This document shows, piece by piece, positions 9,566-19,388 of a stretch of DNA of 64,000 nucleotides. Each line of letters starts with the position of its first letter. The first letter of the stretch is position 1. Under the pieces are notes generated by a model that saw only the letters and a list, made by a program, of their open reading frames with translations, was not told the origin of the DNA and searched no databases. Position numbers and translations under genes: made by a program. Source of the DNA: a virus; IMG/VR virus record IMGVR_UViG_3300017716_002841, positions 32,001-96,000 of that record. One strand, 5' to 3'.

Positions 9566-10504
9566 TTATCGTTGATACTTTAATAGTACTTCTTTTTTGG
9601 ATGAGGTTGACTTATTAAAATGCGACACGGCAGCTGATGTACCTAAAACAACCCTGCTCGTTAATTTAAAACTGCTATCCATATTATCGTTTACAGCTTG
9701 CTCGTATGTATCGTTAATAACTATGCCAACTCTTGTAACGGATGGTTTAATACTACTTACTAGCATTGCGTTTATAAACCTATTATAATCCTCAATATCC
9801 TTAAACAGTTTACCGTTATATCTCTCTACATTATAATATGGTGGGCATGTAAATACACAATCGTAGTCTTCTTGAGGTATAAATTTTGTACAATCATTAT
9901 TATATAGAGTACACTTATAATTAATAAACTTAGCAATATTATTGCTACCCATAAACGTCTTATCCCACATATCATTATAGATATAATCAATATCAGAAAG
10001 ATACGCACCTATTAGTCTGTGTCCCCAACCACCACACGGGTCATATATACACGATACACCTTCTTCTTGAGTATACTTCTTTAGCCATAGGGGTGAGAAG
10101 TGTGAATAACCGGTGTGTATACCTGATATCTTAAAGCCTCTTAAAATCTCACGGTCTGTTAGTGTGTCTTTATTTAGGTATTTTCTTCTATTCTCTTTCA
10201 GCTTCTGTTGTATGATCTTATCCTGCCACAATTCTCTTTCTACATCGAAAAAGTGTGGTTGAAACGTATGAACTAGACGATTCATTCCTATACTACACGT
10301 GTATTTTGCCTCACGTAACTTATATAACTCTAGCTCATGTCTGCATTGATCGTGTGTGTAAGCGTAAGTGAGATTTTTACTATCTCGCAACCACTTATAA
10401 ACAGTATTTAATGATACAATACCTTCAAATAACTCTGCACACTCTTCTACAGTATTTCTACTTGCATATTCAACTACAGCATCTCTGAGATCTTTACACT
10501 TCAT
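9566..10504 (-). CDS. DNA amino-methyltransferase (m6A/m4C) with N-terminal HTH
   Basis: SAM motif IYDPCGGWGHRLIGA and catalytic FTCPPYY; HTH-like TVEECAELFEGIVSLNTVYKWL. Confidence 0.8.
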   Translation of the reverse strand: MKCKDLRDAVVEYASRNTVEECAELFEGIVSLNTVYKWLRDSKNLTYAYTHDQCRHELELYKLREAKYTCSIGMNRLVHTFQPHFFDVERELWQDKIIQQKLKENRRKYLNKDTLTDREILRGFKISGIHTGYSHFSPLWLKKYTQEEGVSCIYDPCGGWGHRLIGAYLSDIDYIYNDMWDKTFMGSNNIAKFINYKCTLYNNDCTKFIPQEDYDCVFTCPPYYNVERYNGKLFKDIEDYNRFINAMLVSSIKPSVTRVGIVINDTYEQAVNDNMDSSFKLTSRVVLGTSAAVSHFNKSTSSKKEVLLKYQR

Positions 10505-11261
10505 ATTTTGCTTGCTTAGATAAATTATCTCTCTCCCATAGAGGTTGATAATTTGTGTGGTGACAAAGCTCTTTAAACAGATCCATATTAGAAATATCCT
10601 TAAGCATTGCAAGTGGTTTAATGTGATCTAGATGCCAGCAATGATTACCTCTACCATGATTATCCCAGGTCATACCTTCGACGAATTGACTTTCTATATG
10701 AACTCTAAATTCTTCTATCGAACAACCAAGATACTTTATTGATGGGTGTGAGAGAGATACATCAGAATATTTTACAGCTTGTCGTACATGCTCACGTATA
10801 TTACATCTTAACTTATATAGAGGATCCTCGCTATACTTTTTTCGAAATACCCCATTTTTTTTATCCTCTAAATACCTACTCTTTGCCTTTTTTATATAAT
10901 GCGCCCTGTTATCGTGTCTGTGTTGTTTGACATTCTCATTAAGCTTTACTCGCGCCTCTGCAGTCAGTCCTTCATACCACTCCTTCCACTTCTTAGGCGT
11001 AATACCCTGCAACCTACGGTATTCTCTATATTCTTTATTTCTCTCCTGTACCTCTTTATCGAGCTTTGTTTTTTGATGTCTCTCTTTACCTTTTTCTGAT
11101 ATCTTCTGCTTTACCCTTGTTGACGCGAGCCAATACCGTACATTCTCAGGCCAAACATTAAATTTTTCTTTCACAGTCCATATTCCATGCTTTTGTGCGT
11201 AAGCAATAATTTCTTGCTTCTCAGTATCAGTATACTTCTTATTACGTCTAAACTCACTCAC
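10494..11261 (-). CDS. HNH endonuclease with N-terminal HTH
   Basis: YLGCSIEEF..HIESQF..GMTWDNHG..WHLDHIKP..HHTNYQPLW..NLSK; N-terminal KKYTDTEKQEII..VRYW HTH. Confidence 0.85.
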   Translation of the reverse strand: MSEFRRNKKYTDTEKQEIIAYAQKHGIWTVKEKFNVWPENVRYWLASTRVKQKISEKGKERHQKTKLDKEVQERNKEYREYRRLQGITPKKWKEWYEGLTAEARVKLNENVKQHRHDNRAHYIKKAKSRYLEDKKNGVFRKKYSEDPLYKLRCNIREHVRQAVKYSDVSLSHPSIKYLGCSIEEFRVHIESQFVEGMTWDNHGRGNHCWHLDHIKPLAMLKDISNMDLFKELCHHTNYQPLWERDNLSKQAKYEV

Positions 11262-11325
11262 TATAATATTATTTAATCAAACCGAATATATTATCAACCT
11301 AATAAAAATAATAATTATTTAAGTA

Positions 11326-11362
11326 CAAAAGTGAACCGCAGGCGCTTCGGCACCTACGGTTC
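11326..11362 (-). terminator. Terminator after the major capsid gene
   Basis: Minus strand GAACCGTAGGTGC-CGAA-GCGCCTGCGGTTC followed by ACTTTT; the G-U pairs work only on the minus strand. Confidence 0.8.
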
Positions 11363-11428
11363 TTAGTTTGTTGTGTTGATTCTTAGAATACCAGATCTTA
11401 ATAAGCTAACTCATTAAGACTCAATAGG

Positions 11429-12901
11429 TCAAAAATAGACCGACTGATTAGCTGGTGAGAACGCAGTACCAAGACCCTGAACAATAACAACGTGGTAATA
11501 AAGATTAGCACCGAAGATATTATCAACGACACCATAACGTGTAAGCAAGCCTACGCGTGGAGCGAAGTCATTCGGTCCGATTGTTCTTTGTACCATGATT
11601 GGAATGTATGGGCAGTAGATGATACCTGTATCATAGAATTCAGAACCCTTATACCCAAGAAGGGCATATTCGATACCAGCTGGAACTTGACCAGAATAGC
11701 CAAGGCTACCATAGGTACCAGTGTTTTGAACTTCTGTACGTGTATCACGATATACTGTGAATCTTCCACCAACAGAGCCTACCTTGCCGATGCCAACTGG
11801 TTGAGTTGAAACGTCGCCTTGAACAGGTACCCACTGGAATTCAGGGAGCATTTCAAGGATCGCACAAACTCTAGGAGTTGCAACGATGAAGTTAGCAGCA
11901 CCGCGTCTGTTACGGACAGCGATTCTGTTTGCTTCAATGATAAGCTTTTGATAGAAGTCTCTATTTCTCTCAACGAGCCAGCGGCCGTCAGCGGAAGCAG
12001 GGGACCAGAATGAATAGTTACCACCGGTGAGGGCGGACTGAATCATTCTCATGATCATTTCACGGTCGATTTCAGCTTGAATCTCATACGACATAGCGTT
12101 TGTGATTTCAGCATCGATATCGATACCATTCATGTTCTTAAGGTCTTGCTCAAGTTCAACGGACCAGCGAGCGCCAAGTCTACGAGTACCAGCTTCAACA
12201 GCTGTCTTCTCAAACTTGACTTCAACTTGTGGAATGTTACCCGTAATTTCAAATGCGGATAAGATCTGGGCAACGCCGCGATCTTGATCAGCAAAATCCC
12301 ATACACCTGACCTACCAACTAGTGAAGATGAACTTGCACCTGTGAAGCGGGTATCAAGGAATTGATAGCCTAATTCACCTGTTGGAGTGGAACTGGAGTT
12401 GTAACCAGCATAGGTACCGCCATTAGCGTTACCAGGATAGTTACCACCTGTACCTGTAGTAGCATTGCTACCATCGATACCGTTACCAAGGTTTTGGGAT
12501 TGATACGCATAACGGAGTGCGAATGCAAGTCCTACTGGACCTGACATAGGCTGCACACCTACAATGTCGTTGGAGATTAACTCAGGGAATGTACGACGGA
12601 TCATCGGGATAAGGATTTTCGGTAAGCGAGCATCCCCAGCAGCATAGCTGTCCTTCGAGTTTGGAGAGCTAGGAGTAAATCCTGCTTGCTGTCCACCACC
12701 GAAAACACCACTATTATTTGCTTCTTGAATACAGTATTGTTCTTGGTTCTCAAGAAGAATGGCTGTATTTAAGCGAGTTTGATCACTACCAATTGCCTTA
12801 ATCGAATCGGATGAATAGTCAAGAACTGGCGCCCACTTTTCAAGTAAGGTGTCTGCTCTATTTCTATCTACGAATGATTGTGTCGGATTAATGTTTCTCA
12901 T
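11429..12901 (-). CDS. gp23: Major capsid protein, T4 gp23-like
   Basis: LLEKWAPVL, ILLENQ, GVQPMSGPVGLAFALR, WSVELEQDL, EIQAEIDRE, YCPYIP, TRYG. Confidence 0.98.
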   Translation of the reverse strand: MRNINPTQSFVDRNRADTLLEKWAPVLDYSSDSIKAIGSDQTRLNTAILLENQEQYCIQEANNSGVFGGGQQAGFTPSSPNSKDSYAAGDARLPKILIPMIRRTFPELISNDIVGVQPMSGPVGLAFALRYAYQSQNLGNGIDGSNATTGTGGNYPGNANGGTYAGYNSSSTPTGELGYQFLDTRFTGASSSSLVGRSGVWDFADQDRGVAQILSAFEITGNIPQVEVKFEKTAVEAGTRRLGARWSVELEQDLKNMNGIDIDAEITNAMSYEIQAEIDREMIMRMIQSALTGGNYSFWSPASADGRWLVERNRDFYQKLIIEANRIAVRNRRGAANFIVATPRVCAILEMLPEFQWVPVQGDVSTQPVGIGKVGSVGGRFTVYRDTRTEVQNTGTYGSLGYSGQVPAGIEYALLGYKGSEFYDTGIIYCPYIPIMVQRTIGPNDFAPRVGLLTRYGVVDNIFGANLYYHVVIVQGLGTAFSPANQSVYF

Positions 12902-12978
12902 ATTGTTTAATTTTCCTTTCAAAAATAACTCAGGTCAAGAGGACCTCATTGTTAAGGGTTAAAGATTCTTATATAATA

Positions 12979-13833
12979 TTATTTATACCTTTGTAACTCA
13001 GAAAGGTATGGATTTCCGGAACTTTTTCCTTTTTGTTGTACCGCTTCTTTAATAATAGGTACATCTGCTTTAACGTGTCTATCAACAAAGGCTTCTTCCT
13101 TGATAACGTTAATATGTTCTTTTTCCTTTTTCTCAAAAAGTCTGACTGTATAATCATAGTTTTCTTCGATAAAGGTTGGAGATTTGTCGCCTAATACACG
13201 TTTAATGTATTCTCTCTTTCTATCAGAGAGACCCGCAGACTTAGTTTCGAGTAATAGAGCAGATTTTGTCTTGCGATAGCTTTCTTTAATAAGAGTATTT
13301 TCTTTAGAAAGATCAGCAACTTGCTTTGTAAGTGTATCAATTTGATTCTTACCATCTACAACAGCGCCTTGAACCGATTCACTCATTAGAGCGGAATCAA
13401 TTGCTAGGACTTTGCGTAGGTTGCTAAGAACTTCACGTGCTGTTCTATTTTTGGTAGCTTCGTTGATAGCTTCTGTCGGAATAGCTTCATCAAGAAATTC
13501 TTCTAAGTAATTAGAAATAGCTTCTGTAAGCGTAGACTTAAATTTCTTTGCTTCTGTTGTAATTTCACTCTCGTACTTTTTAACAACTTTAACAAGCTTT
13601 CCAGCATTGTTCTTATCAACAGCCTCTACAACTCTCTTTAATTTAGTTGTATGATCCTTGTCAATAGCATTAATAAGTTGTTCAAGTTTCTTAGAATAAA
13701 GATCGTCCTGTTCAGTAAGAGCAGCTTCAACAGTTAATTGAAGTTTCTTACTGAAAGCACTCTCAATAACTTGTAGTGATTCTTCAGAGAGAATCTGCGT
13801 TGCTTCGTCGGGTAGTATATTCTTAACTTTCAT
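12979..13833 (-). CDS. gp22: Prohead core scaffold protein, gp22-like
   Basis: Helical acidic protein with ISNYLEEFLDE, located between the protease and capsid genes. Confidence 0.85.
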   Translation of the reverse strand: MKVKNILPDEATQILSEESLQVIESAFSKKLQLTVEAALTEQDDLYSKKLEQLINAIDKDHTTKLKRVVEAVDKNNAGKLVKVVKKYESEITTEAKKFKSTLTEAISNYLEEFLDEAIPTEAINEATKNRTAREVLSNLRKVLAIDSALMSESVQGAVVDGKNQIDTLTKQVADLSKENTLIKESYRKTKSALLLETKSAGLSDRKREYIKRVLGDKSPTFIEENYDYTVRLFEKKEKEHINVIKEEAFVDRHVKADVPIIKEAVQQKGKSSGNPYLSELQRYK

Positions 13834-13834
13834 A

Positions 13835-14131
13835 TTAGAAGAGTGGTTCATTTAAGGATGCGCTAATTCTAGCTTGAAGTTTGGCTTCAATTACATCCTT
13901 TAAATATTTATTAGCTTGTGCGTAGTTTTTTGTGGAAATTGCAGTTATAAAGTTACTAATATTTTTAGACTCTGTAATTGGCTTTTTAATATCAGACACT
14001 TCTTTAGACTTGGATGTCTTTTTTCCTTTAGCTTTTTTAATAGCTTTAGACCTTACACCTTTATACTCTTGGTCAGGTGCCTCTATCTCACCGTCTTTAT
14101 CGTAATCCTTTTTAGCTAGTTTATTTGCCAT
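13835..14131 (-). CDS. Small prohead core protein (gp67-like)
   Basis: KKDYDKDG motif and helical C-terminus; position in head module; TATAAATA at 14137-14144. Confidence 0.55.
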   Translation of the reverse strand: MANKLAKKDYDKDGEIEAPDQEYKGVRSKAIKKAKGKKTSKSKEVSDIKKPITESKNISNFITAISTKNYAQANKYLKDVIEAKLQARISASLNEPLF

Positions 14132-14139
14132 ATTATTAT

Positions 14140-14805
14140 TTATATAGATTGTATAAATTTTAAGATCTGTTCTCTAAGGAAAAACTCCACATCTTTACGT
14201 GGTAGTTTAGATATTGACCTTTCAAAGCTTTCATAGACTTCTTCATACTTACCGTTTGTAGCTACAACCCATTGTTTAGATTCTAAAATGCCATTAACAA
14301 ACGCTTTTGGAAATGAAGGATCAGCCACACAGTCAACAGCAACAAGTTTAAGATTTCTAACTGTATTGTGAGTTGATCCTTCTTCAAGTGTGCCTAGCGC
14401 TCTAGATGACATACCAACTTTTACACCATCATTGATAAGAGACTTAACAATAAGTCCACAAGGTGTGGAAAGTACCTTTGATTTACCGAAGAATACATTA
14501 TTATCTTCATACATTTCCGTTACCATATGACAGGCACGTTCTAGATCAACATCTGCTGTCGTAGGGTGATTAAGCTCTCCCATGGCTCTACCCGGTTTGA
14601 TCATTTCCTCATTATAACGATGCACCTCTTGGCGTAATTCATCAATTGGATATAAGCGCTTATTCTTATTAACGCCTTCCGCCATCATATAAGGACCCTT
14701 AATAAATAAGGTGGAAGGTGCATTTCTATTGCTTTCTTCGACAACATATTCAAATTGATCGTCAAGCGCTGGTTTTTCTACTAATAGATTAAGCTTTAAT
14801 GCCAT
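14140..14805 (-). CDS. gp21: Prohead protease, gp21-like
   Basis: NKNKRLYP, AMGELNHP, GMSSRALG, DCVADPS. Confidence 0.96.
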   Translation of the reverse strand: MALKLNLLVEKPALDDQFEYVVEESNRNAPSTLFIKGPYMMAEGVNKNKRLYPIDELRQEVHRYNEEMIKPGRAMGELNHPTTADVDLERACHMVTEMYEDNNVFFGKSKVLSTPCGLIVKSLINDGVKVGMSSRALGTLEEGSTHNTVRNLKLVAVDCVADPSFPKAFVNGILESKQWVVATNGKYEEVYESFERSISKLPRKDVEFFLREQILKFIQSI

Positions 14806-14837
14806 ATCTATATTTATGCTAGTACTAATATAATCTA

Positions 14838-15269
14838 TCAAATAAGGTGCTTTTCAGTAAGGATTAAAAAATCAAATCCTTTCTTTTTACAAAATTCCTT
14901 TGCCGCGTTCCATTTAGCTTGATTGATAACCCATGCAGATTGTTCATAAATAAGATGTTCTTTATTTTTATACTTCGTTTTAGGTGCCTGCGTCTGTTTA
15001 GAAGGCTTTATTTCAATTAGATAATGCTTTATAGTGTTATCTTCTTTTATAGAAACAAAATTATCTACAAAGTATCTATGTACTCTACCATCTAAAGGAC
15101 TAAGATAAGGTATAACAATATTTTCACTTCCCCATTTTATAACATTAGGATTATTGTCACAAAAGCGCATAAACTTAAGCTCTAGACCTGATCTATATAT
15201 AGCACAAGAACCTATAAACTTATCTTTATTAATAGGTGTAAACTTACCTTGTCTGTATTTAGAATTCAT
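14838..15269 (-). CDS. gp4: Head completion nuclease, gp4-like
   Basis: YRSGLELKFMRFCD, WGSE, HRYFVD, EIKP, NQAKW, ILTE. Confidence 0.93.
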   Translation of the reverse strand: MNSKYRQGKFTPINKDKFIGSCAIYRSGLELKFMRFCDNNPNVIKWGSENIVIPYLSPLDGRVHRYFVDNFVSIKEDNTIKHYLIEIKPSKQTQAPKTKYKNKEHLIYEQSAWVINQAKWNAAKEFCKKKGFDFLILTEKHLI

Positions 15270-15283
15270 TACCTCGTAAAGTC

Positions 15284-16423
15284 TTAACCTACAAAGAACA
15301 TAGGCGGGTCGTTATCTCCTTGATTACCTTCCATTAATCGCAATTCTAAATCTCTCTTACGTTGCGTACCCTCACTTAAAAGATCTGAATAATTAAGTGT
15401 ACCTCCTCCTAATAAGCTAACTCCGGAGAACTTACCCCTTACATAGCTTAAGGTTATCATCGTTAGAGCGAGCGCATATTCATATACCCATTGTTCTTTA
15501 ATTAGATCTCTAACAGGTCTTTCAAGCCAGCACGCTAGTACACCATAAAATCTACTTGCACCGGGTTGTGGATACATTTGTAGATATTGCGTTCTTTCAT
15601 CAAATTTTATATCTCTTTTAGTAGCAAGTACCTTTTCACGTGTTTCCATCCATTCCTTCATCGTATACCACGAAACAAGATCAAATCCATAATTACCTAA
15701 CGCGTAACTAAAATATGTTTGCTGCGCTAAAGTTTGTTCAAGAGTAAACAAAGTATTTATACCTTGATTTGATCCTTCTTCAAACTCCACAACAGACATT
15801 ACCTTTCTATAATCCATTGCATCATAGTCAAATACGTTTGAGTATTCAGTTGCAGTAGCGTCTTGTGATTGAATTGATACGACTTTAGTTTGTGATTGCT
15901 TAAAAATAGATGATAAATTAATATTAAATGATGTTAGCTTTGAGTATAGTGATGCATCAACTGTTTCAAACTCAGTTAAACCCTCTGTAAATATACCTGA
16001 TAATTCTACAGACGTCGTAAAGTAGCTACTAATAAGAGAAGATGTAGATATATAAATAGACGAAGGTGTTTCAATAGTAAAGTCAGACCCCGTCCATTTG
16101 GGCTTATTTGATATTTTTTGCGTATCTGTTATACCTGCTTTAGATAGAGTATATAAATGATCAAGTCTAACACCCTTATTTTTTTCGTAGATTTGAGAAT
16201 CAAATATTAAAAACTCTTTTGTATACCCTGCATATTTTGAAAAATACTCAATAGCGATTTGAATATTTTGAAATAGCTGATCTTGATGTATTTCAAGCGA
16301 AATTAATGGATAGCCGAGTGATCGTTTAATACGATCACCTAGATCTCCAAACGTTTGTAATCGATTATTTAAATTGGTGGATTGAAACGCAGATACATTT
16401 AAAACTTCACAAGCTAATGACAT
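15284..16423 (-). CDS. gp13: Neck protein, gp13-like
   Basis: RSLGYPLISLEI, WVYEYALAL, RGKFSGVSLLGGGTLN, C-terminal PPMFFVG. Confidence 0.88.
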   Translation of the reverse strand: MSLACEVLNVSAFQSTNLNNRLQTFGDLGDRIKRSLGYPLISLEIHQDQLFQNIQIAIEYFSKYAGYTKEFLIFDSQIYEKNKGVRLDHLYTLSKAGITDTQKISNKPKWTGSDFTIETPSSIYISTSSLISSYFTTSVELSGIFTEGLTEFETVDASLYSKLTSFNINLSSIFKQSQTKVVSIQSQDATATEYSNVFDYDAMDYRKVMSVVEFEEGSNQGINTLFTLEQTLAQQTYFSYALGNYGFDLVSWYTMKEWMETREKVLATKRDIKFDERTQYLQMYPQPGASRFYGVLACWLERPVRDLIKEQWVYEYALALTMITLSYVRGKFSGVSLLGGGTLNYSDLLSEGTQRKRDLELRLMEGNQGDNDPPMFFVG

Positions 16424-16440
16424 ATTATTATTTAATAAAG

Positions 16441-18249
16441 TTAAGCAGCTGGTGCCGTTGTTTCTGGAGCCGGTGTCGCTTCACCGCCTGCTGGTTCTGC
16501 TGCTGGTCCTCCTGTAAACGTAGGTGGCGGACCGCCAGGACCTACACCGGTGCCACCGCCAGGTCCTCCCATACCGCCTTCCATACCACCTTCCATACCT
16601 GTACCTGCGCCGAGATCCGCGGCGATGACTTGCTCTCTCCAGGCTGGACCTGCTGTTGTTATTTGTGCTAACTCCCATTGAAGTTCTGCATCCTTACGTA
16701 AAAACTCTCTATTAGCTAAAATATCCACATCCTTCCAGCCTAGATACTTTTTCTGAGCGTATGTCTTAGATACAAACTCACTGGATGTAACAGTATTATA
16801 ACCTTCAACTTTAAGACTAAGTCGTTGACTTTCACGCATTTCGTAAAAGTTAGTTGGTACGTTAAATTTAATCTCTATTTGTGTTTCATTTAGGTCATAC
16901 TTTTCCCACAAACCTTTTAGTCGTAAATGCGTAACAAAAGCTTTTTCTATACCAGCAGCGAATCGTTGCTGTTGTCTGATTACAAACTTAGCAAATTTTA
17001 ATTCTTCGCGTAGTATTTCTGAACCATCTTTAAATCCATCTTGTGGATCTAATCGAGCCGCTGGAACCTTCAACGACCTATAAAGCTTTTTAATAAAGTA
17101 CATTAAATCAGCTAATTCGCCAAGATTTTGACCGCCTTGAAGCTGACTTACCGAAGATCCTTCAGAACCTTGTCTCTTTGGAAACCAAAAAGCATCAAGC
17201 ATGGATTGAGGGTTAAATTTCTTTACTACGTCTGCCTGATCTACATCAAATGTCTTACTTGACCAGTAGTTAGCAATAAGCTTCTTTAGATAAGCTTCCG
17301 CTTTCGGTGCAGGCATATTACCTACATCAACATTGAATACAAGACGTTCTGGTGCTCTTACTAATCTATAGATAACTATAGCATCTTCAATTAGAGAGAG
17401 TTGCCTATACGCACGGCGTGCATTTTCAAGAAATGGCATTATCATCGTCTTAGACTCATTCATAACACCAGAATTTACATAAAGTACTTGATTTTGATCA
17501 AGAGGTATATGCTCTATTTTTTCTTGTTTACTAGGATGATTTGGATCAAATACAGGCTTTCTGTATATATACCCCTTAACAATCATATTCTGAATGTTAT
17601 TATAAACTGGATCAATAAGTTCGGATGGTAGGTTAATAATTCCAAGAATACCTTCATCAGTATAATCCTTATGAATAATAAGCTCAAAAAATACTTCACC
17701 TTCAACTAATAACTGCCGAAAATATTGCCAACCTTTATTTTTAAAGTCAAAATATTCTATAAATTTTTCAAATTCTTTATCTATATTGGCTTTATCTTTT
17801 ACAGCTAAATCTGTATTTTTATAACTAATAATAACCTCACTACCATTCTCATCGGTGTTGATCATTTCGTCGCAAATTTCATCCAATGCGTCAGCTACAT
17901 CAGAATACGCAGCCATAACTCTATAATCTCTTAGTCTAGGACCTTTATTCTCTTGAATATTAGCATACATCACTTGACCGAAGGATGTATCTTTGCCCAT
18001 AGATCCAATAGCTAAGTTATTAAATTCATTTGAACTAGATATTGAGTGTTTAGCAAGTACTTCTGAACGCTTTAGACCAGACTCGGCAAATGTTTTATAT
18101 TTAGGGTTAAGATTATTATTTTCTGTATCTATAATATTTGAATATGGCAGCTTATTCTGAACATACGCCATTAAATCTCGTCCAAATGTAGATGTTCTAC
18201 CATCATTTGAAGTGTAATTTCTATTTTGATTCGAAGTTGTATCAGCCAT
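16441..18249 (-). CDS. gp20: Portal protein, gp20-like
   Basis: QLSLIEDAIVIYRLVRAPERLVFNVDVGNMP, FWFPKRQG, ILREELKFAKF. Confidence 0.97.
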   Translation of the reverse strand: MADTTSNQNRNYTSNDGRTSTFGRDLMAYVQNKLPYSNIIDTENNNLNPKYKTFAESGLKRSEVLAKHSISSSNEFNNLAIGSMGKDTSFGQVMYANIQENKGPRLRDYRVMAAYSDVADALDEICDEMINTDENGSEVIISYKNTDLAVKDKANIDKEFEKFIEYFDFKNKGWQYFRQLLVEGEVFFELIIHKDYTDEGILGIINLPSELIDPVYNNIQNMIVKGYIYRKPVFDPNHPSKQEKIEHIPLDQNQVLYVNSGVMNESKTMIMPFLENARRAYRQLSLIEDAIVIYRLVRAPERLVFNVDVGNMPAPKAEAYLKKLIANYWSSKTFDVDQADVVKKFNPQSMLDAFWFPKRQGSEGSSVSQLQGGQNLGELADLMYFIKKLYRSLKVPAARLDPQDGFKDGSEILREELKFAKFVIRQQQRFAAGIEKAFVTHLRLKGLWEKYDLNETQIEIKFNVPTNFYEMRESQRLSLKVEGYNTVTSSEFVSKTYAQKKYLGWKDVDILANREFLRKDAELQWELAQITTAGPAWREQVIAADLGAGTGMEGGMEGGMGGPGGGTGVGPGGPPPTFTGGPAAEPAGGEATPAPETTAPAA

Positions 18250-18256
18250 CTACGTA

Positions 18257-18264
18257 TATTTATA
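18257..18264 (-). promoter_or_regulatory. T4-type late promoter TATAAATA for portal (representative)
   Basis: Exact T4 gp55 consensus. Also at 14137, 40358, 48183, 60972; core TAAATA before most other structural genes. Confidence 0.8.
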
Positions 18265-19375
18265 CAACACTAAGAGCATAGCCATTACTAGTACCTGCCC
18301 AACCCGCACTATTTGAAGTTATAAAGGTAAATGTACCTAATGTTGAGAGTGTACTTACTGCAAGTGTTATCGTAGCCATATTATCACTTAAAACATTATA
18401 CTGACTTTTATCTAATTCATAAGCACTTATAACTGGCGATTTAGCAGTTTTTATAGCTTTATAGTTAGAGTAAAAATCAGTAACATTACTACTCAGATAA
18501 AAGCTATTACTATATTTAAACCGTTTTCCATATATTAAAAAGTTATTTAATTTATTCTTCTTAATAGTTATAGGGTCTTTTATAATAGTTGTTGTATTAT
18601 TTGTTGTGTATAATAAATTTGTTATAGTAGGTACACCTGAAACGGTTACTGTTTCTGTAAAATCACTAGCCATATTAATAGAACTTAAAATATTAAAATT
18701 ATCTAATGTTAATATTTTTTTATTAATATCGATATTATAAAAGTTGGAATCAACTTTATATATTATACCTACTTTGTCTGTTTCTCTAAACAACCAACCT
18801 TTGATTATAAATGATGTATCAACGACCACTCTAAACTTATCAGCAAATGTTGTATCTGTTGGTGTTGTGTATGAAAGAGTTTCATTCCAAAGTACTTCGG
18901 ATCGGATCTCTGTTGTATTAGCTAGTTTATAAGACTCGGGAAGCTGCCATGATAGAATTATATAAGGATTTGCGTATGGAACAAAATTAGATATAATTTG
19001 ATCCATATCACTCATATACCGCGTCATTATGGACATGTTAACCACAATATTAATAGGTACAGGAGCAGGTACCTTAACAGCTTTTTGACCATACTCTTTT
19101 GACGTTAGGTAGGTAGCTTCTATCTTACTAAATACACGTGAACTATCTCTCGATATAGAAGCAATATCAACAGCTACTACAGGTAGAGTTATGTTTTGCG
19201 CTTTATTTACGATATCGTACATTACTCTCTGCTTTGGAGCAAAGACATATCTCACTTCAATATTTTCTTTTACATCGCGGTTATTATTAAAGCGTGATAT
19301 TACTGTATCGTCAAAGGCCGCAATAAATTGAGTTATTAAGTCTTTAACTTCCCAAAAATACGATCGATTATTCAC
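18260..19375 (-). CDS. gp15: Tail terminator/sheath stabiliser, gp15-like, with C-terminal extension
   Basis: YFWEVKDLITQFIAAFDD, VRYVFAPKQR, ITLP, DQIISNFVPY. Confidence 0.8.
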   Translation of the reverse strand: MNNRSYFWEVKDLITQFIAAFDDTVISRFNNNRDVKENIEVRYVFAPKQRVMYDIVNKAQNITLPVVAVDIASISRDSSRVFSKIEATYLTSKEYGQKAVKVPAPVPINIVVNMSIMTRYMSDMDQIISNFVPYANPYIILSWQLPESYKLANTTEIRSEVLWNETLSYTTPTDTTFADKFRVVVDTSFIIKGWLFRETDKVGIIYKVDSNFYNIDINKKILTLDNFNILSSINMASDFTETVTVSGVPTITNLLYTTNNTTTIIKDPITIKKNKLNNFLIYGKRFKYSNSFYLSSNVTDFYSNYKAIKTAKSPVISAYELDKSQYNVLSDNMATITLAVSTLSTLGTFTFITSNSAGWAGTSNGYALSVV

Positions 19376-19388
19376 ATACGTATTTAGT

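Noticed and set aside
11492-12318. Several short alternative-frame ORFs within gp23 (and similar shadow ORFs elsewhere, e.g. 5077-5334, 9186-9467, 37562-37852, 56454-56756)
   Set aside because: They overlap well-supported genes, lack motifs or promoters, and are expected from codon bias.
16500-16615. GC-rich 12-bp repeats at the portal 3' end
   Set aside because: They encode a low-complexity GMEGG/Pro-Ala tail; not a separate DNA element.
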